Positions 27,930 through 38,488 are shown, numbered from the stretch's first letter. The stretch is DNA of 64,000 bases from Candidatus Latescibacterota bacterium (GCA_965204745.1 OZ242010.1:3296001-3360000), one strand, 5' to 3'. A program made the numbers and translations. The notes: generated by a model from the letters alone, not told the origin.

Positions 27930-27975
27930 TTCGCATTGTCAACAAAAAGATTGACTATTATTCATGCCAAAAAAG

Positions 27976-28018
27976 GTTGACAAATGGTGATAGGTATTCT
28001 ATCTTTATTTACGTCAAC
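27976..28018 (+). promoter_or_regulatory. Promoter module copy C
   Basis: TTGACA-17-TATCTT then GTCAAC; tandem duplicate of copy B. Confidence 0.7.
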
Positions 28019-28047
28019 AAAAAGATTGACCATTATTCATCCCAAAA

Positions 28048-29046
28048 ATGGAACGAGAGATGCAAAAAACATTACAGGACGCTGGCGACGACAATCAACA
28101 CGACGAGTCTCAGCAGAAAATGAAACAGGAAATGCAAAGCGCGTTGCAAGGCTTGGCTACCAAACGGCGGCGTCCCGTTCTTTGCTTCTATGGAGATATG
28201 GATCCGGTTTCTGTCCAGACGATACGTCGTATCGCGCCTAAATTAGAAGAGTCCAGTAAATTATCGGTGTTGTTGCATTCCCCCGGAGGCAATATTGAGG
28301 ATGCCTATAGAATAGTTTTGACATTGCGAGAATACGCAGAAGATATCGAAGTGCTCGTGCCTCAATGGGCAAAAAGTGCTGCGACCTTTTTTTCTCTCGT
28401 GGCAAATACCATTTATATCGGACGGTATGGAGAACTGGGGCCTCTCGATCCGCAGAGGTTAAATCTAAAAGGAAGCGCGCTGTGGACCTCTGCACTGGAA
28501 TCGTTTAAGGCACTTGATCAACTTTTTGAATTCTCTTTAGACTCTTTAGATGGGATAGTCCAGAACTTATTAATGCGTGCTCCGATAGATATTCCCTATG
28601 CAATAGAACACGCACAACCATTATTCTCAGCAATCGTGTCGCCTCTATACTCCCAAGTTGACCCACATGAATTGGGCAATGCGGGAAGGGCGTTGGCTAC
28701 TAGCGAGGAATATGCGATGAGAGTAATGGAGAGATGGGGATATTCAGAGCTAGGAGATAAGGAAAGGCGGGAGATAGCATGGCGTTTAACTTGGGATTAT
28801 CCGACGCATGGATTTGTCATTGACTTGGAGGAAGCAAAACAGATCGGGCTGAAAGCCAAAAGACTTGACCATGAATGTGACGAGATGTGTAGGGAAACAT
28901 TGGCACTGCTCAACAGCGCAGATATCCCTCACTATATTGACATTGAATCCCCACCACCAGATGTCCAAGACAAGGAGAACAGGCATGAACCCAAAGGAGA
29001 GGAACTTGCAGAGAGGGATTCGGAGAGGCAACAGAACGCCGTTTAG
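28048..29046 (+). CDS. SDH-family Clp-fold serine protease
   Basis: HSPGG, AKSAAT (Ser), LGPLDPQ (Asp) and YPTHG (His) motifs; lower GC than flanks. Confidence 0.82.
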   Translation: MEREMQKTLQDAGDDNQHDESQQKMKQEMQSALQGLATKRRRPVLCFYGDMDPVSVQTIRRIAPKLEESSKLSVLLHSPGGNIEDAYRIVLTLREYAEDIEVLVPQWAKSAATFFSLVANTIYIGRYGELGPLDPQRLNLKGSALWTSALESFKALDQLFEFSLDSLDGIVQNLLMRAPIDIPYAIEHAQPLFSAIVSPLYSQVDPHELGNAGRALATSEEYAMRVMERWGYSELGDKERREIAWRLTWDYPTHGFVIDLEEAKQIGLKAKRLDHECDEMCRETLALLNSADIPHYIDIESPPPDVQDKENRHEPKGEELAERDSERQQNAV

Positions 29047-30463
29047 GCGCGAAAAGGCATCCGAGCGATCATCTCTTCGCATCAAGAGGTGGTTGCGGCA
29101 AAGGCGAATCTATCGCGGCATTAAAGAAGTGCCCTTTATGCCCTATGAGGATGATAGATCCAAGGGCAGACCAGGGTACTGAAAAATCCAATTTTGATCC
29201 ACATCCGCTCCATGGCAGTACGTCTTGCTCCCATCGCGCAATGAGGGCGATCACAAGTAAGACCGATCCCTTGGAGCTTTTTTTTGTACAAGTCGAGAAA
29301 GGATCGCGCCCATGGCGAAACGAGCGAGAACGCCCAAATCCGTCGAAACCCTCACGCACGGCGATGCGACGCGCAAGAATATTCCCACCGCCGAGTATCA
29401 ACCCGTGATGCGGGAAGAGGAGCAAACCCCGATTCGAGTCGCCTATCAGCGGCGCAACCGCGACCTCGATCCGCAACTCGTCTGGCGCGGCAAGGACGAG
29501 CAGGATTGGTCCGATTTGGTCGTTCAAGCCCCGCCGATCTTCATCCAAGAGAAGGTGCATCCCAAGGTCGTGATCGACGACCTGATGCGCCAATGCGCGG
29601 AGACAGCCACCACAGCACAGGGGTTCCAGCCCGACTTGTTCGCCGATTTCAACGGCCTGCCCGACCCAAGCGCGGCGACCGAGTTCTATCAGCACGACGC
29701 CAACTGGTCAAACCGCATGATCCTCGGCGACAGCCTGCAAGTGATGGCATCCTTGGCCGAGCGCGAGGGCCTGCGCGGTCAAGTGCAGTGCATTTACATC
29801 GACCCGCCCTACGGCATCAAGTTCAATTCCAATTTCCTACCGGCAACACCCAGCCGCGAGGTGCGAGATGGCAAGCGCGAGCACATCACGCGAGAGCCAG
29901 AGCAGATCAAGGCGTATCGGGATACGTGGCGCGACGGCATCCATTCCTACCTGACCTACCTCCGCGACCGCCTGACCGTAGCACGCGACTTGCTGACCGA
30001 GAGCGGGTCATTGTTCTTTCAGATCGGAGACGAAAATGTCCATCGCGTCAGGGCGTTGATGGACGAGATATTTGGGGATGAGAATTTTGTCGGGGAGATT
30101 ATTTTCAAAACCCGTAGCACTTCTACCAGCAAAAATCTGTCTGCATTGAACGATTACATCATCTGGTATTGTAGAGATATTAATGCTCTAAAATTCCGTC
30201 AATTTTACGTGCCGAAAAGTGCTGACAGGGCGCGTTTCAGTTTTGTCGATATTGATGGCGAAGTTTTCAGGGCGAGTAAAAATGCCGGGAGCGTTAAAAT
30301 ATTTTCAAGTAGTAGCCTGTTTTCAACAAGCGGCGGCGACGCCTCCCGGATTCCCTTTGAGTTCCGTGGCAAAGAATATACCCCGGCAACCTCTCGCGGA
30401 TGGCGCTGCTCACTTGATGGACTATTACGCCTTACCTATGCAAGCCGTATATTTAACCAAGGT

Positions 30464-31543
30464 TAGGACTTACGCCAGGGTCATTGGTATCGCCGGTGTT
30501 TTGAGTTGTTGTCTCAAATAATCCTCCCATAAGCCATGTTTGACTTGATAGATGGTTTGTCCAGTCTGATAGGCGACTTGGGTCAGTCGTCCCCAAACGA
30601 GAAAGGCACACGCGATGTGGTTTCGCACAATGCGTGCCAATCGGCATTGACACTTTTCAAGCCCCGTTACCTGTTTTGCTTCCCGGTGAACTTGCTCAAT
30701 CTTCCAACGCAAGTGGCACACCGCTTGTGCCACTGACGGGTCGGTTTGAGTCAAGTCGTTGGTTACGATATACGCCGTGCGTCTCGTCGCAGACGCGACC
30801 CGGAATACGTTCACCTTGTGGTTTTTAGGGAACCCTCTGAGTTTCATGCGTTTTCCTGTGGCCTGTTCGCGTTTTGTCCAAGTTAAGGCATCGACCCGTT
30901 GATAGGGGTTTTCACCTGACGAATCGTCCACGAGGCGATTCTTTTTGATAGGACAGTAATAGGTCTTTTGCAAGTGCTCAATGTGAAGCATGACCGCTTT
31001 GGTGGCATACCAAGTATCCATCACCACTCGCTCAAAAGGCAGTTTTTTGTGATAGACCAAGAGTGACAACATCTCTTTGACGTGGTCTAACTTGGTTTTT
31101 CCATCCCCTTGCGGATCGTAAATGCGATAGTCAATCAGCCAAAACCGATCTTGAATCGGATTGACATACACACACGTCACCACACCGATCCCCGAGATGA
31201 CCCCCTTCGCATTGCCACTGTATTGCCGACGCACGAGAGCCATCTTTTTGGCATAGCGCTTATCTAAGACCGTGTCATCAAAGAGAATTACGCCCTTTGC
31301 GGTCGACGTGAGGTGGGGTTTGACGTTTTTCCAGATCACACGCGGCGAGACGCGATCCCCACCCAGATAGCGGTTGAGCATATCATGCGTGAACCGGTCG
31401 CTGTGATCTGCGAAATGAGTCAGGGTATAATTGAGCGGACTGCTAAGCAGATACTGGCAGTAATCCAAGCGCGTTGGTTTCGCCATACAGACCTCCAAAG
31501 TGAGGATGGGGGTTCGATCCTGTTCTTTTTTGCGTAAGTCCTA
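30464..31543 (-). mobile_element. IS701-family element, copy 2
   Basis: IRs TAGGACTTACGC; 6-bp TSD CAAGGT (30458-30463, 31544-31549). Confidence 0.92.
30470..31486 (-). CDS. IS701-family transposase
   Basis: Intact 338-aa ORF, GGAGG RBS; FDDT, MDTWY, RWKIE motifs. Confidence 0.9.
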   Translation of the reverse strand: MAKPTRLDYCQYLLSSPLNYTLTHFADHSDRFTHDMLNRYLGGDRVSPRVIWKNVKPHLTSTAKGVILFDDTVLDKRYAKKMALVRRQYSGNAKGVISGIGVVTCVYVNPIQDRFWLIDYRIYDPQGDGKTKLDHVKEMLSLLVYHKKLPFERVVMDTWYATKAVMLHIEHLQKTYYCPIKKNRLVDDSSGENPYQRVDALTWTKREQATGKRMKLRGFPKNHKVNVFRVASATRRTAYIVTNDLTQTDPSVAQAVCHLRWKIEQVHREAKQVTGLEKCQCRLARIVRNHIACAFLVWGRLTQVAYQTGQTIYQVKHGLWEDYLRQQLKTPAIPMTLA

Positions 31544-33040
31544 CAAGGTAATTCTATCCGCTATAAATACTTTCACGACGATTTCCCATTCGTCGAAGGC
31601 GGGAATCTATGGATTGATCAAATGTCCGAGCAAAACAAATCTTATGTGGTGCAAACATCTCCAAGACCCATTGAACGTTGCGTCCTCATGACCACCGACC
31701 CTGGCGACCTCGTCCTCGATCCCACCTGCGGGGCTGGCACAACCGCGTATGTTGCCGAGCAGTGGGGCAGGCGGTGGATCACCATCGACACCAGCCGAGT
31801 TGCCCTCGCGTTGGCGCGTGCGCGCATCATGGGGGCGCGTTATCCCTACTACTTGCTCGCGGACAGCGCGGAGGGGCAGCGCAAGGAAGCGGAAATCAGC
31901 CGCACCGCGCCATCGGAAATGCCCGCGCATGGCGACGTCCGCCAAGGCTTTGTGTATGAGCGCGTGCCGCACATCACCTTGCGCGACATCGCCAACAACG
32001 CGGAAATCGACATCATTTGGGACAAATATCAAAAAACGCTCGAACCGCTTCGGGAATCGCTCAACGAGGCTCTCGACGAGACATGGCGGGAATGGGAAAT
32101 CCCACGCGAAGCCGACGCGGCGTGGTCAGACGAGGCCAAGGCATTGCACGGCCAATGGTGGGAACAGCGCATCGCCCGGCAAAAAGAGATCGACGCGTCT
32201 ATCGCGGCAAAGGCGGACTACGAGTATCTCTACGACAAGCCCTACGAGGACAAGAAAAAGGTGCGCGTCGCCGGCCCGTTCACGGTCGATAGCCTATCCC
32301 CGCACCGCGTTTTGGGCGTCGATGAAAACGACGACCTCATCGACAGCGCAACAATGCGCGGCGACAGTGAATCGCAGGATTTTGCCGAGATGATCATGGA
32401 GCACCTCAAAACCGCGGGCGTGCAACAGGCGCGCAAAGACGACCGGATCGCGTTTTCGTCTCTCGCGCCGTGGCCGGGCGATTTGGTTTGCGCCGAGGGC
32501 ACGTACGCCGAGGGCGACTCGGATTCTGGCATCTACAAACGCGCTGGTATTTTCATCGGCCCCGAGTTCGGCACGGTCTCGCGTCCCGACTTGGTGAGGG
32601 CCGTGCGCGAGGCGGGCGAAGCCGATTTCGATGTGCTCATCTCCTGCGCGTTCAACTACGACGCCCAATCCACGGAGTTCGACAAACTGGGGCGCGTCCC
32701 GGTGCTCAAAGCGCGCATGAACGCGGATCTCCACATGGCCGACGATCTCAAGAACACGGGCAAGGGCAATTTGTTCGTGATTTTTGGGGAGCCGGATATC
32801 GACATTCTCGACGCAGACGACGGTCAAATCCAAGTCAAGGTCAATGGCGTGGATGTCTTCCATCCCAACACCGGCGAGATTCGCAGCGACGGCGCCGACG
32901 GCATCGCCTGTTGGTTCATCGACACGGACTACAACGAGGAGAGTTTTTTCGTGCGCCACGCCTACTTCCTCGGCGTGAAGGACCCGTACAGATCCCTCAA
33001 GACCACGCTCAAAGCCGAGATCGACCCCGACGCTTGGGCC

Positions 33041-33200
33041 ACCCTGTACAGCGACACGTCGCGGCCGTTCGCCAAACCCACCTCCGGACGCATCGCGGTC
33101 AAGGTGATCAACCACTTGGGCGATGAAGTGATGAAAGTATTTCGGGTATAAGGGCATTGATCGCGACGAAAGGCTATGTGATTAAGTGATGTCGTGACGC
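33041..33200. repeat. 160-bp direct repeat, copy A (mod 3' end plus downstream)
   Basis: Matches 38978-39137 with scattered substitutions. Confidence 0.95.
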
Positions 33201-33668
33201 CTGGTGTCTCAAGATGTGTGATGTTTTCAGAAACCACTTGGCGCATCCTCGATTGCACGCTATATTTTGAAACATAGAGATATAAACCTTTCTGTTCGCG
33301 AGCAATTGTCAGCGCACGGAAAGAGAGGGAAGGATAAAGGGTGCTTGTGTATGATTGAGCACCCTTCTTTTTTAACTCAAAAAATGGGATTACAGCGACG
33401 CAATAAATTCGACAAACGCGCTCCAATTTGCCAATAGAGATAGGGAGGTCAAAGAAATTTGGCCTCCCTAAATTGTTGTAAAATCGCTGGATGTGTGAAC
33501 TTGATTTTGATATTTGGATGTTTTTATAGTGAACTATCAAAATAAATCTTGACACAAGAGATAGAAATTGGTACCTTTCTTTCATATCTTGATTTCTGTG
33601 CCACTTTTCCATAGGTGGGAATCTATTCTCTCGCAGAAATCGCCACCATTCATGATAAGGAGTATCAC

Positions 33669-34928
33669 ATGAACAGAAATGCCCCAGTAGCACATTTGAC
33701 CGAACCAACGGATATTCTGTTGGCAGATGTCGCGATTCGCATCCAACTCCGGCCGACGCATTACAACATGGCTGTTGAGCGGTATCAGAAGATCAGCAAA
33801 TTGATTGAGCGAGGCAACAGCCCCCTCAAGGATCGTGTCGATCTGTTTTATCCGCAGGGATCTATGGCTATCGGCGCAACTATCGCGTCTAAACTCAAGA
33901 CGGATGAGTTTGACCTCGATGTGGTTGCACAACTTGATCTGCCTGAGTCAGTATCACCTTCTGAGCCACTGGATTTGCTGTTTGAAGCAATCAGAGGCGA
34001 GCCTGGTTCCCGGTATTATCGAATGACCAAGCGGAGGACCCGTTGTGTCACTGTCAGTTACAGCGACAAGATGCACATTGACATTACGCCGCTCATTCGT
34101 CGCTACCAATACACTCCAGAGCGTGAAAGCTGGATTTTTCATGACCGGCCAGAAGCACCCCAAGAGCCGGGTAAGAAACTTATCGCCAATCCCTATGGTT
34201 TTGCCGAGTGGTTCAAGGATAACACACCACCCGATCAAGATTTTGCCGGTATCTTTGAGAAACGTGCGGCTGAATACGAGCGAAAGGTGATGCTAGAAGC
34301 GGAAAGTGAACCTGTTCCCCCTCCCGAGCCGCCATTCCGAAAATCGAAGGCAGTGATCGTGCTTCAACTCCTGAAGCGCTGGCGCAATGTGCAATACGAT
34401 ACGCGACAGGGGCGCAGGCCCCCATCAATTCTGATTGCGAAACTCGTCGCCGATGTTGCGAACCATACGGACCGGCTGTCAGAAGAATTATTGCTTCAGG
34501 TACGGCACATGCTGTCTGTATTCCAAAATTGCCATAATGCGGGCAAGCGTATTCATGTCTCAAATCCCGTGTGTGACCAAGATGTTTTGACTGATCGATG
34601 GCCGGAAACGTTGCAAGATCAAGCAGTGTTTCTCCGAGATCTTGAAAATCTTGTTGCCAAAGTTGACCGACTGGTCTCTGGTTGTGATCTTGGCAAGATG
34701 CAGAAAATCATGATAGAGTTGTTCGGTGAAGCACCGACGACAGAAGCCTTCCAAGCCTTCAATGAACGGATGGGCGATCAAATCCGTACAGGGCAAAGTA
34801 GGCACCGCTCTGGTACTGGTTGTTTAGTCCTTCCAGCAAGCACAGCGGGGGCCATCAATCCGACATCCTCAAGAGGGACTCGAACTACTCCAAAGCACAC
34901 CTTTTACGGTAACGACAGGAAAAAATAA
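33669..34928 (+). CDS. CBASS CD-NTase (cGAS/DncV-like, SMODS nucleotidyltransferase)
   Basis: QGS-x-x-IG...EFDLD and HIDITP motifs, LLKRWR, VSNPV, C-terminal HTFYG; AAGGAG RBS; upstream TTGACA-17-TACCTT at 33549. Confidence 0.85.
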   Translation: MNRNAPVAHLTEPTDILLADVAIRIQLRPTHYNMAVERYQKISKLIERGNSPLKDRVDLFYPQGSMAIGATIASKLKTDEFDLDVVAQLDLPESVSPSEPLDLLFEAIRGEPGSRYYRMTKRRTRCVTVSYSDKMHIDITPLIRRYQYTPERESWIFHDRPEAPQEPGKKLIANPYGFAEWFKDNTPPDQDFAGIFEKRAAEYERKVMLEAESEPVPPPEPPFRKSKAVIVLQLLKRWRNVQYDTRQGRRPPSILIAKLVADVANHTDRLSEELLLQVRHMLSVFQNCHNAGKRIHVSNPVCDQDVLTDRWPETLQDQAVFLRDLENLVAKVDRLVSGCDLGKMQKIMIELFGEAPTTEAFQAFNERMGDQIRTGQSRHRSGTGCLVLPASTAGAINPTSSRGTRTTPKHTFYGNDRKK

Positions 34929-35362
34929 TGGGACTGACGATTTGGAAACAGGCTGAACTCATGAAACGATCCTGGCCTGACTTTCGGGTTCTTCATCAAA
35001 TTCGTTGGTTTATATGCTGGGAGGGGCAACTTCGGCCTTTTAATCAAACATACATAGTTCAAATATTCCTCTCACGCAAACGGGGATGTAGCCGTGACAA
35101 ATTATTGACAGTTCCGGCCGTGATGGTAATTGATCCCCTGCTGTGCAGGCGAGTTGAAAATCCCAGTGAACCCATACCACATCACTATCCAAACCAAGAG
35201 CATCCCGAGTTACCCTTTCTTTGCCTCTACGATCCCGATACTCAAGAGTGGCACCCCGGTCGATCGGTAGCCCAGACTATTATCCCTTGGACGATTGATT
35301 GGCTGGCGTGCTACGAGGGTTGGCTTGCCACTGGAAAATGGACCGGAGGTGGTCGTCACTGA
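34928..35362 (+). CDS. Prokaryotic E2-like protein (short type II CBASS)
   Basis: IPHHY...LCLY...EW...TIIPW...WL..YE.WL.TG.W.GGG pattern; translationally coupled to the CD-NTase. Confidence 0.78.
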   Translation: MGLTIWKQAELMKRSWPDFRVLHQIRWFICWEGQLRPFNQTYIVQIFLSRKRGCSRDKLLTVPAVMVIDPLLCRRVENPSEPIPHHYPNQEHPELPFLCLYDPDTQEWHPGRSVAQTIIPWTIDWLACYEGWLATGKWTGGGRH

Positions 35363-35384
35363 TTATAGGTTAAGTAGGGGTACA

Positions 35385-36440
35385 ATGTCCACTAGCAAAG
35401 AGAATCCTCCGAAACGATCATCCGGTGCGCTCACTCAGCGTCGTGTTCCACTACCTTGGCCACAAGATCGGGAGTTTCGTATCCTCTCTATCAATGGTGG
35501 TGGCATCCGTGGAATATTTCCGGCCGCATTCTTGGCAGGGTTGGAGGAACGCTATCTCAACGAAACTTCTGTGGCCCAATACTTTGATCTTATTGCTGGA
35601 ACCTCAACCGGAGGTATTATTGCCCTTGGACTCGCTGCTAGGCTTCCAGCCGCTGAACTGCGAGACCTTTATATTGAGCGCGGATGCGAAATTTTCCCTC
35701 CTATTCGTAACGGCCTTTTTGGAGTAGCAGAACGACGCCTGAAAAACTTTTGCCAATATTTTAAATTTCGCTATGATCGCGATGCCCTTATGCGCGTCCT
35801 CAATGATACCTTTGGCGACCGAAAATTTGGCGAAGCACAGACCAGGTTGTGCATACCCTCTTTTGATGGTCAGTATGGAGAAGTATATATTTTTAAGACG
35901 CCACATCATCCAGACTTCCGCAATGATGCTAAGGAGTACATGACAAAGGTGGCCGCGGCTACATCTGCAGCGCCGACATTCTTCCGTCCACTTGAGGATG
36001 GTGGATACAAATTCGTTGATGGTGGAGTTTGGGCAAACAATCCCATTATGATTGCATTGGTCGATGCGTTATCCTGCTTTTCCGTACCGCGAGAACGCAT
36101 CCGCATTCTAAGTTTGGGCTGTGGAGATGACGAATATCCTGTTGGCAAGTTGAAAATGTTGTTGGGCGGCAAATTATCTTGGTACGACATCATCTTTGCA
36201 GCGATGCGTCTCCAGTCTCTCAACGCTCTTGGTCAAGCCGGGTTGCTAATTGGTGCTAACAGAATTATGAAAGTCAACGCGCCCATTTGTGGCAAGCAAA
36301 TACAACTAGACGATTGGAGTCGCGCTGTGGAAGAGTTGCCCTCGGTTGCCATAGCGACTCTCGACGAGATCGGCGAAACCGTGGCGTCTGCATTTTTAGC
36401 AGAGCCCGCTACTCCTTACCAGCCAATTATCCCCATCTGA
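35385..36440 (+). CDS. Patatin-like phospholipase, CBASS effector (CapV-like)
   Basis: GGGIRG, GTSTGG, SAAPTFF and DGGVWANNP motifs. Confidence 0.88.
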   Translation: MSTSKENPPKRSSGALTQRRVPLPWPQDREFRILSINGGGIRGIFPAAFLAGLEERYLNETSVAQYFDLIAGTSTGGIIALGLAARLPAAELRDLYIERGCEIFPPIRNGLFGVAERRLKNFCQYFKFRYDRDALMRVLNDTFGDRKFGEAQTRLCIPSFDGQYGEVYIFKTPHHPDFRNDAKEYMTKVAAATSAAPTFFRPLEDGGYKFVDGGVWANNPIMIALVDALSCFSVPRERIRILSLGCGDDEYPVGKLKMLLGGKLSWYDIIFAAMRLQSLNALGQAGLLIGANRIMKVNAPICGKQIQLDDWSRAVEELPSVAIATLDEIGETVASAFLAEPATPYQPIIPI

Positions 36441-36651
36441 AGATATTGAAAAATCCCATCCCTGCTACCACTCTATAACTTTGGATAGAATCCTATCATC
36501 CAGCAAAGAGGATCGTTTGCTGGATTTCCGACCCGAGTTCAACCTTGCAGATACCCAATAGATTAGGCTTGTATTATACATCTTGATAGCCGTATAATAG
36601 AGGATCAAGGGCTGATGTTTCCATGATTACCCTCTTTCACGAGATAATACA

Positions 36652-37908
36652 ATGCTGACGCAGCGTGAATTGGGACAGCGGTTGAAACGGGCGCGAGAGG
36701 CAACCGGGTTGACTCAACAGCAGGTCGCCGAGCATGTTGCGCTCACCCGGGTTGCCATCTCCCAAATTGAGTCGGGGCACCGCATGGTCAGTTCGCTTGA
36801 ATTGACGCGCTTGGCGCGCCTTTACGGCCGGGATATCGCCAGTTTCTTAGAAGAAAAGCCCTCCCCGAATGAAAAAGAAAACGCGCTGACCGTCCTGTTT
36901 CGCGCACATCCCGATCTCATGCAAAACCCCACCCCCCTGCGAAACGCCACCGAACTGTTCCGAGAATATACCAATCTGAAAGCCCTCTTGGATCTGGATA
37001 CAGAACAGAACCTGCCGCCTAGATATGCTTGTGCCGAACCGAGAAATGTTTGGGAAGCCATTCAAATGGGCGAACGGGCCGCCGAGGCGGAACGCAGTCG
37101 TCTGGCATTGGGGATAGATCCCATCCGCGACATGGCCGAGTTGGTGGAATCCCAGGGCATACCCGTCATTGAAATTGATTTGGACGATCAGATATCGGGT
37201 ATTTTTATGACCGATGCCGAGGGGCAATTGTGCATCTTCATCAACCAGGCACAGTTCGACAAAGCCAAGGCTCGCGTCGCATTTACCATTGCCCATGAAT
37301 ACAGTCACATATTGCTCGACCGGGATAAGGTCAGTGCCATCAGCAAAATCTCAAATGATCGCGATTTGTTTGAAGTGCGTGCGAATGCGTTTGCCGCAGC
37401 GTTTCTCATGCCCGAAGAAGGCGTGAGTCAATTTCTCAAAACCATCGGCAAGGGCGAGGCCAGTCGCGAAAAGTTGTTGGCTTATACCGAGCAGCACGAT
37501 CCGCTTGTCGGGCATCATCGCCGCTTGGCATCCACCCAAATCATCACGCTTTACGATGTCGTCAAGCTGTGTATGTCCTTTGGAACCAGCTATGAAGCCG
37601 CCTTGTACAGATTGAGAAACACAAAATTTCTATCCGAAGGATCATTTGATCACCTCTACCGACGAAAAGACGAAGCAAGGGAAATTGTACAAAATCTCAA
37701 AATAGAAGGAAGGCGAGAATACCCCAGCAGTTTCGCCCTCAACTTCACGGGTATGGCTATCGAAGCCTATCGCCGCGACAAAATCACGTACGACAAATTG
37801 ATCGCGCTCGCCGATCAAGTGGCGTTTGATTCCAAGGTCATAGACCAAATACTTTGCTACATGGGACTGGAGAACAATCTCGAAGCAGAGGTCTATCTCC
37901 CGGAGTGA
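36652..37908 (+). CDS. XRE HTH fused to ImmA/IrrE-family zinc metallopeptidase
   Basis: N-terminal HTH_3; FTIAHEYSH (HExxH); EVRANAFAAAFLMP. Confidence 0.88.
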   Translation: MLTQRELGQRLKRAREATGLTQQQVAEHVALTRVAISQIESGHRMVSSLELTRLARLYGRDIASFLEEKPSPNEKENALTVLFRAHPDLMQNPTPLRNATELFREYTNLKALLDLDTEQNLPPRYACAEPRNVWEAIQMGERAAEAERSRLALGIDPIRDMAELVESQGIPVIEIDLDDQISGIFMTDAEGQLCIFINQAQFDKAKARVAFTIAHEYSHILLDRDKVSAISKISNDRDLFEVRANAFAAAFLMPEEGVSQFLKTIGKGEASREKLLAYTEQHDPLVGHHRRLASTQIITLYDVVKLCMSFGTSYEAALYRLRNTKFLSEGSFDHLYRRKDEAREIVQNLKIEGRREYPSSFALNFTGMAIEAYRRDKITYDKLIALADQVAFDSKVIDQILCYMGLENNLEAEVYLPE

Positions 37909-37912
37909 TCTC

Positions 37913-38431
37913 GTGCAACAAAAAACAGAGAGCCAGTCATGCGCGATCACAGACGCAAATATCCTGATCAACTTTATCAAACTTGGCCGCGTGGATATTC
38001 TCCAACAACTGCGAATGTATGCTTTCTATCTGTCCGAGGAAGTGTATCGGGAAATCACATATCCAGCACAACGGCTCGTTTTAGATCATGCCCTAAAAAA
38101 TGGATGGCTTAGAGAGACAGTGATAACGGATCAAAATGAATTGCGTTCTTATGCACAGTACAGACGACAAATGGGAGATGGAGAAGCCGCGTGTTTGGCG
38201 ATTGCGATTTGTCGAAAATGGATCATGGTCTGCGATGAGAAAAAAAAGAAACTGATTTCCAGAACTGTTCGGCATCATTTAGGAGCGGGTTATCTGCTGA
38301 ATACACCGGGTATTTTGCTCAAGGCCATACGCGAGGGTATTCTCACTGTATCACAAGCAGACGCAATCAAAAACACATTGGCGCAGAACCGATTTGTCAT
38401 GCCATTTGCATCTTTCCAGAATTTTATCTGA
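37913..38431 (+). CDS. PIN-domain protein
   Basis: ITDANILI, GDGEAACLAIA, CDE, TPGIL motifs. Confidence 0.78.
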   Translation: MQQKTESQSCAITDANILINFIKLGRVDILQQLRMYAFYLSEEVYREITYPAQRLVLDHALKNGWLRETVITDQNELRSYAQYRRQMGDGEAACLAIAICRKWIMVCDEKKKKLISRTVRHHLGAGYLLNTPGILLKAIREGILTVSQADAIKNTLAQNRFVMPFASFQNFI

Positions 38432-38453
38432 AATAGGACACCGTCCTGCTACC

Positions 38454-38488
38454 AAAAAGGCCGCGAGGGTTTCATTCCTCGCGGCCTT
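38454..38488. terminator. Terminator-like hairpin AGGCCGCGAGG-loop-CCTCGCGGCCT
   Basis: Strong stem with an A-tract on the left; a second copy at 42925-42957. Confidence 0.6.

Larger units (their letters stand above)
25870..27936 (+). mobile_element. IS982-family element with a nested IS701 in its left IR
   Basis: IRs ATGCGAATTAAGAGT / ACTCTTGATTCGCAT; flanking TGTCA duplication (25865-25869, 27937-27941). Confidence 0.85.
29312..33151 (+). pseudogene. mod: Type III R-M Mod (N6-adenine DNA methyltransferase) split by IS701
   Basis: DPPY in the 5' part, DPTCGAGTT in the 3' part; removing the IS and one TSD restores one frame of about 917 aa. Confidence 0.9.

Noticed and set aside
24947-28018. 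GTTGAC...GTCAAC modules as integron attC sites
   Set aside because: Order is opposite to RYYYAAC...GTTRRRY, the core does not fit GTTRRRY, and no integron integrase is present; a promoter explains the motif better
32962-33708. 248-aa minus-strand ORF between mod and CBASS
   Set aside because: Overlaps both neighbours on the opposite strand, no recognisable domain or RBS
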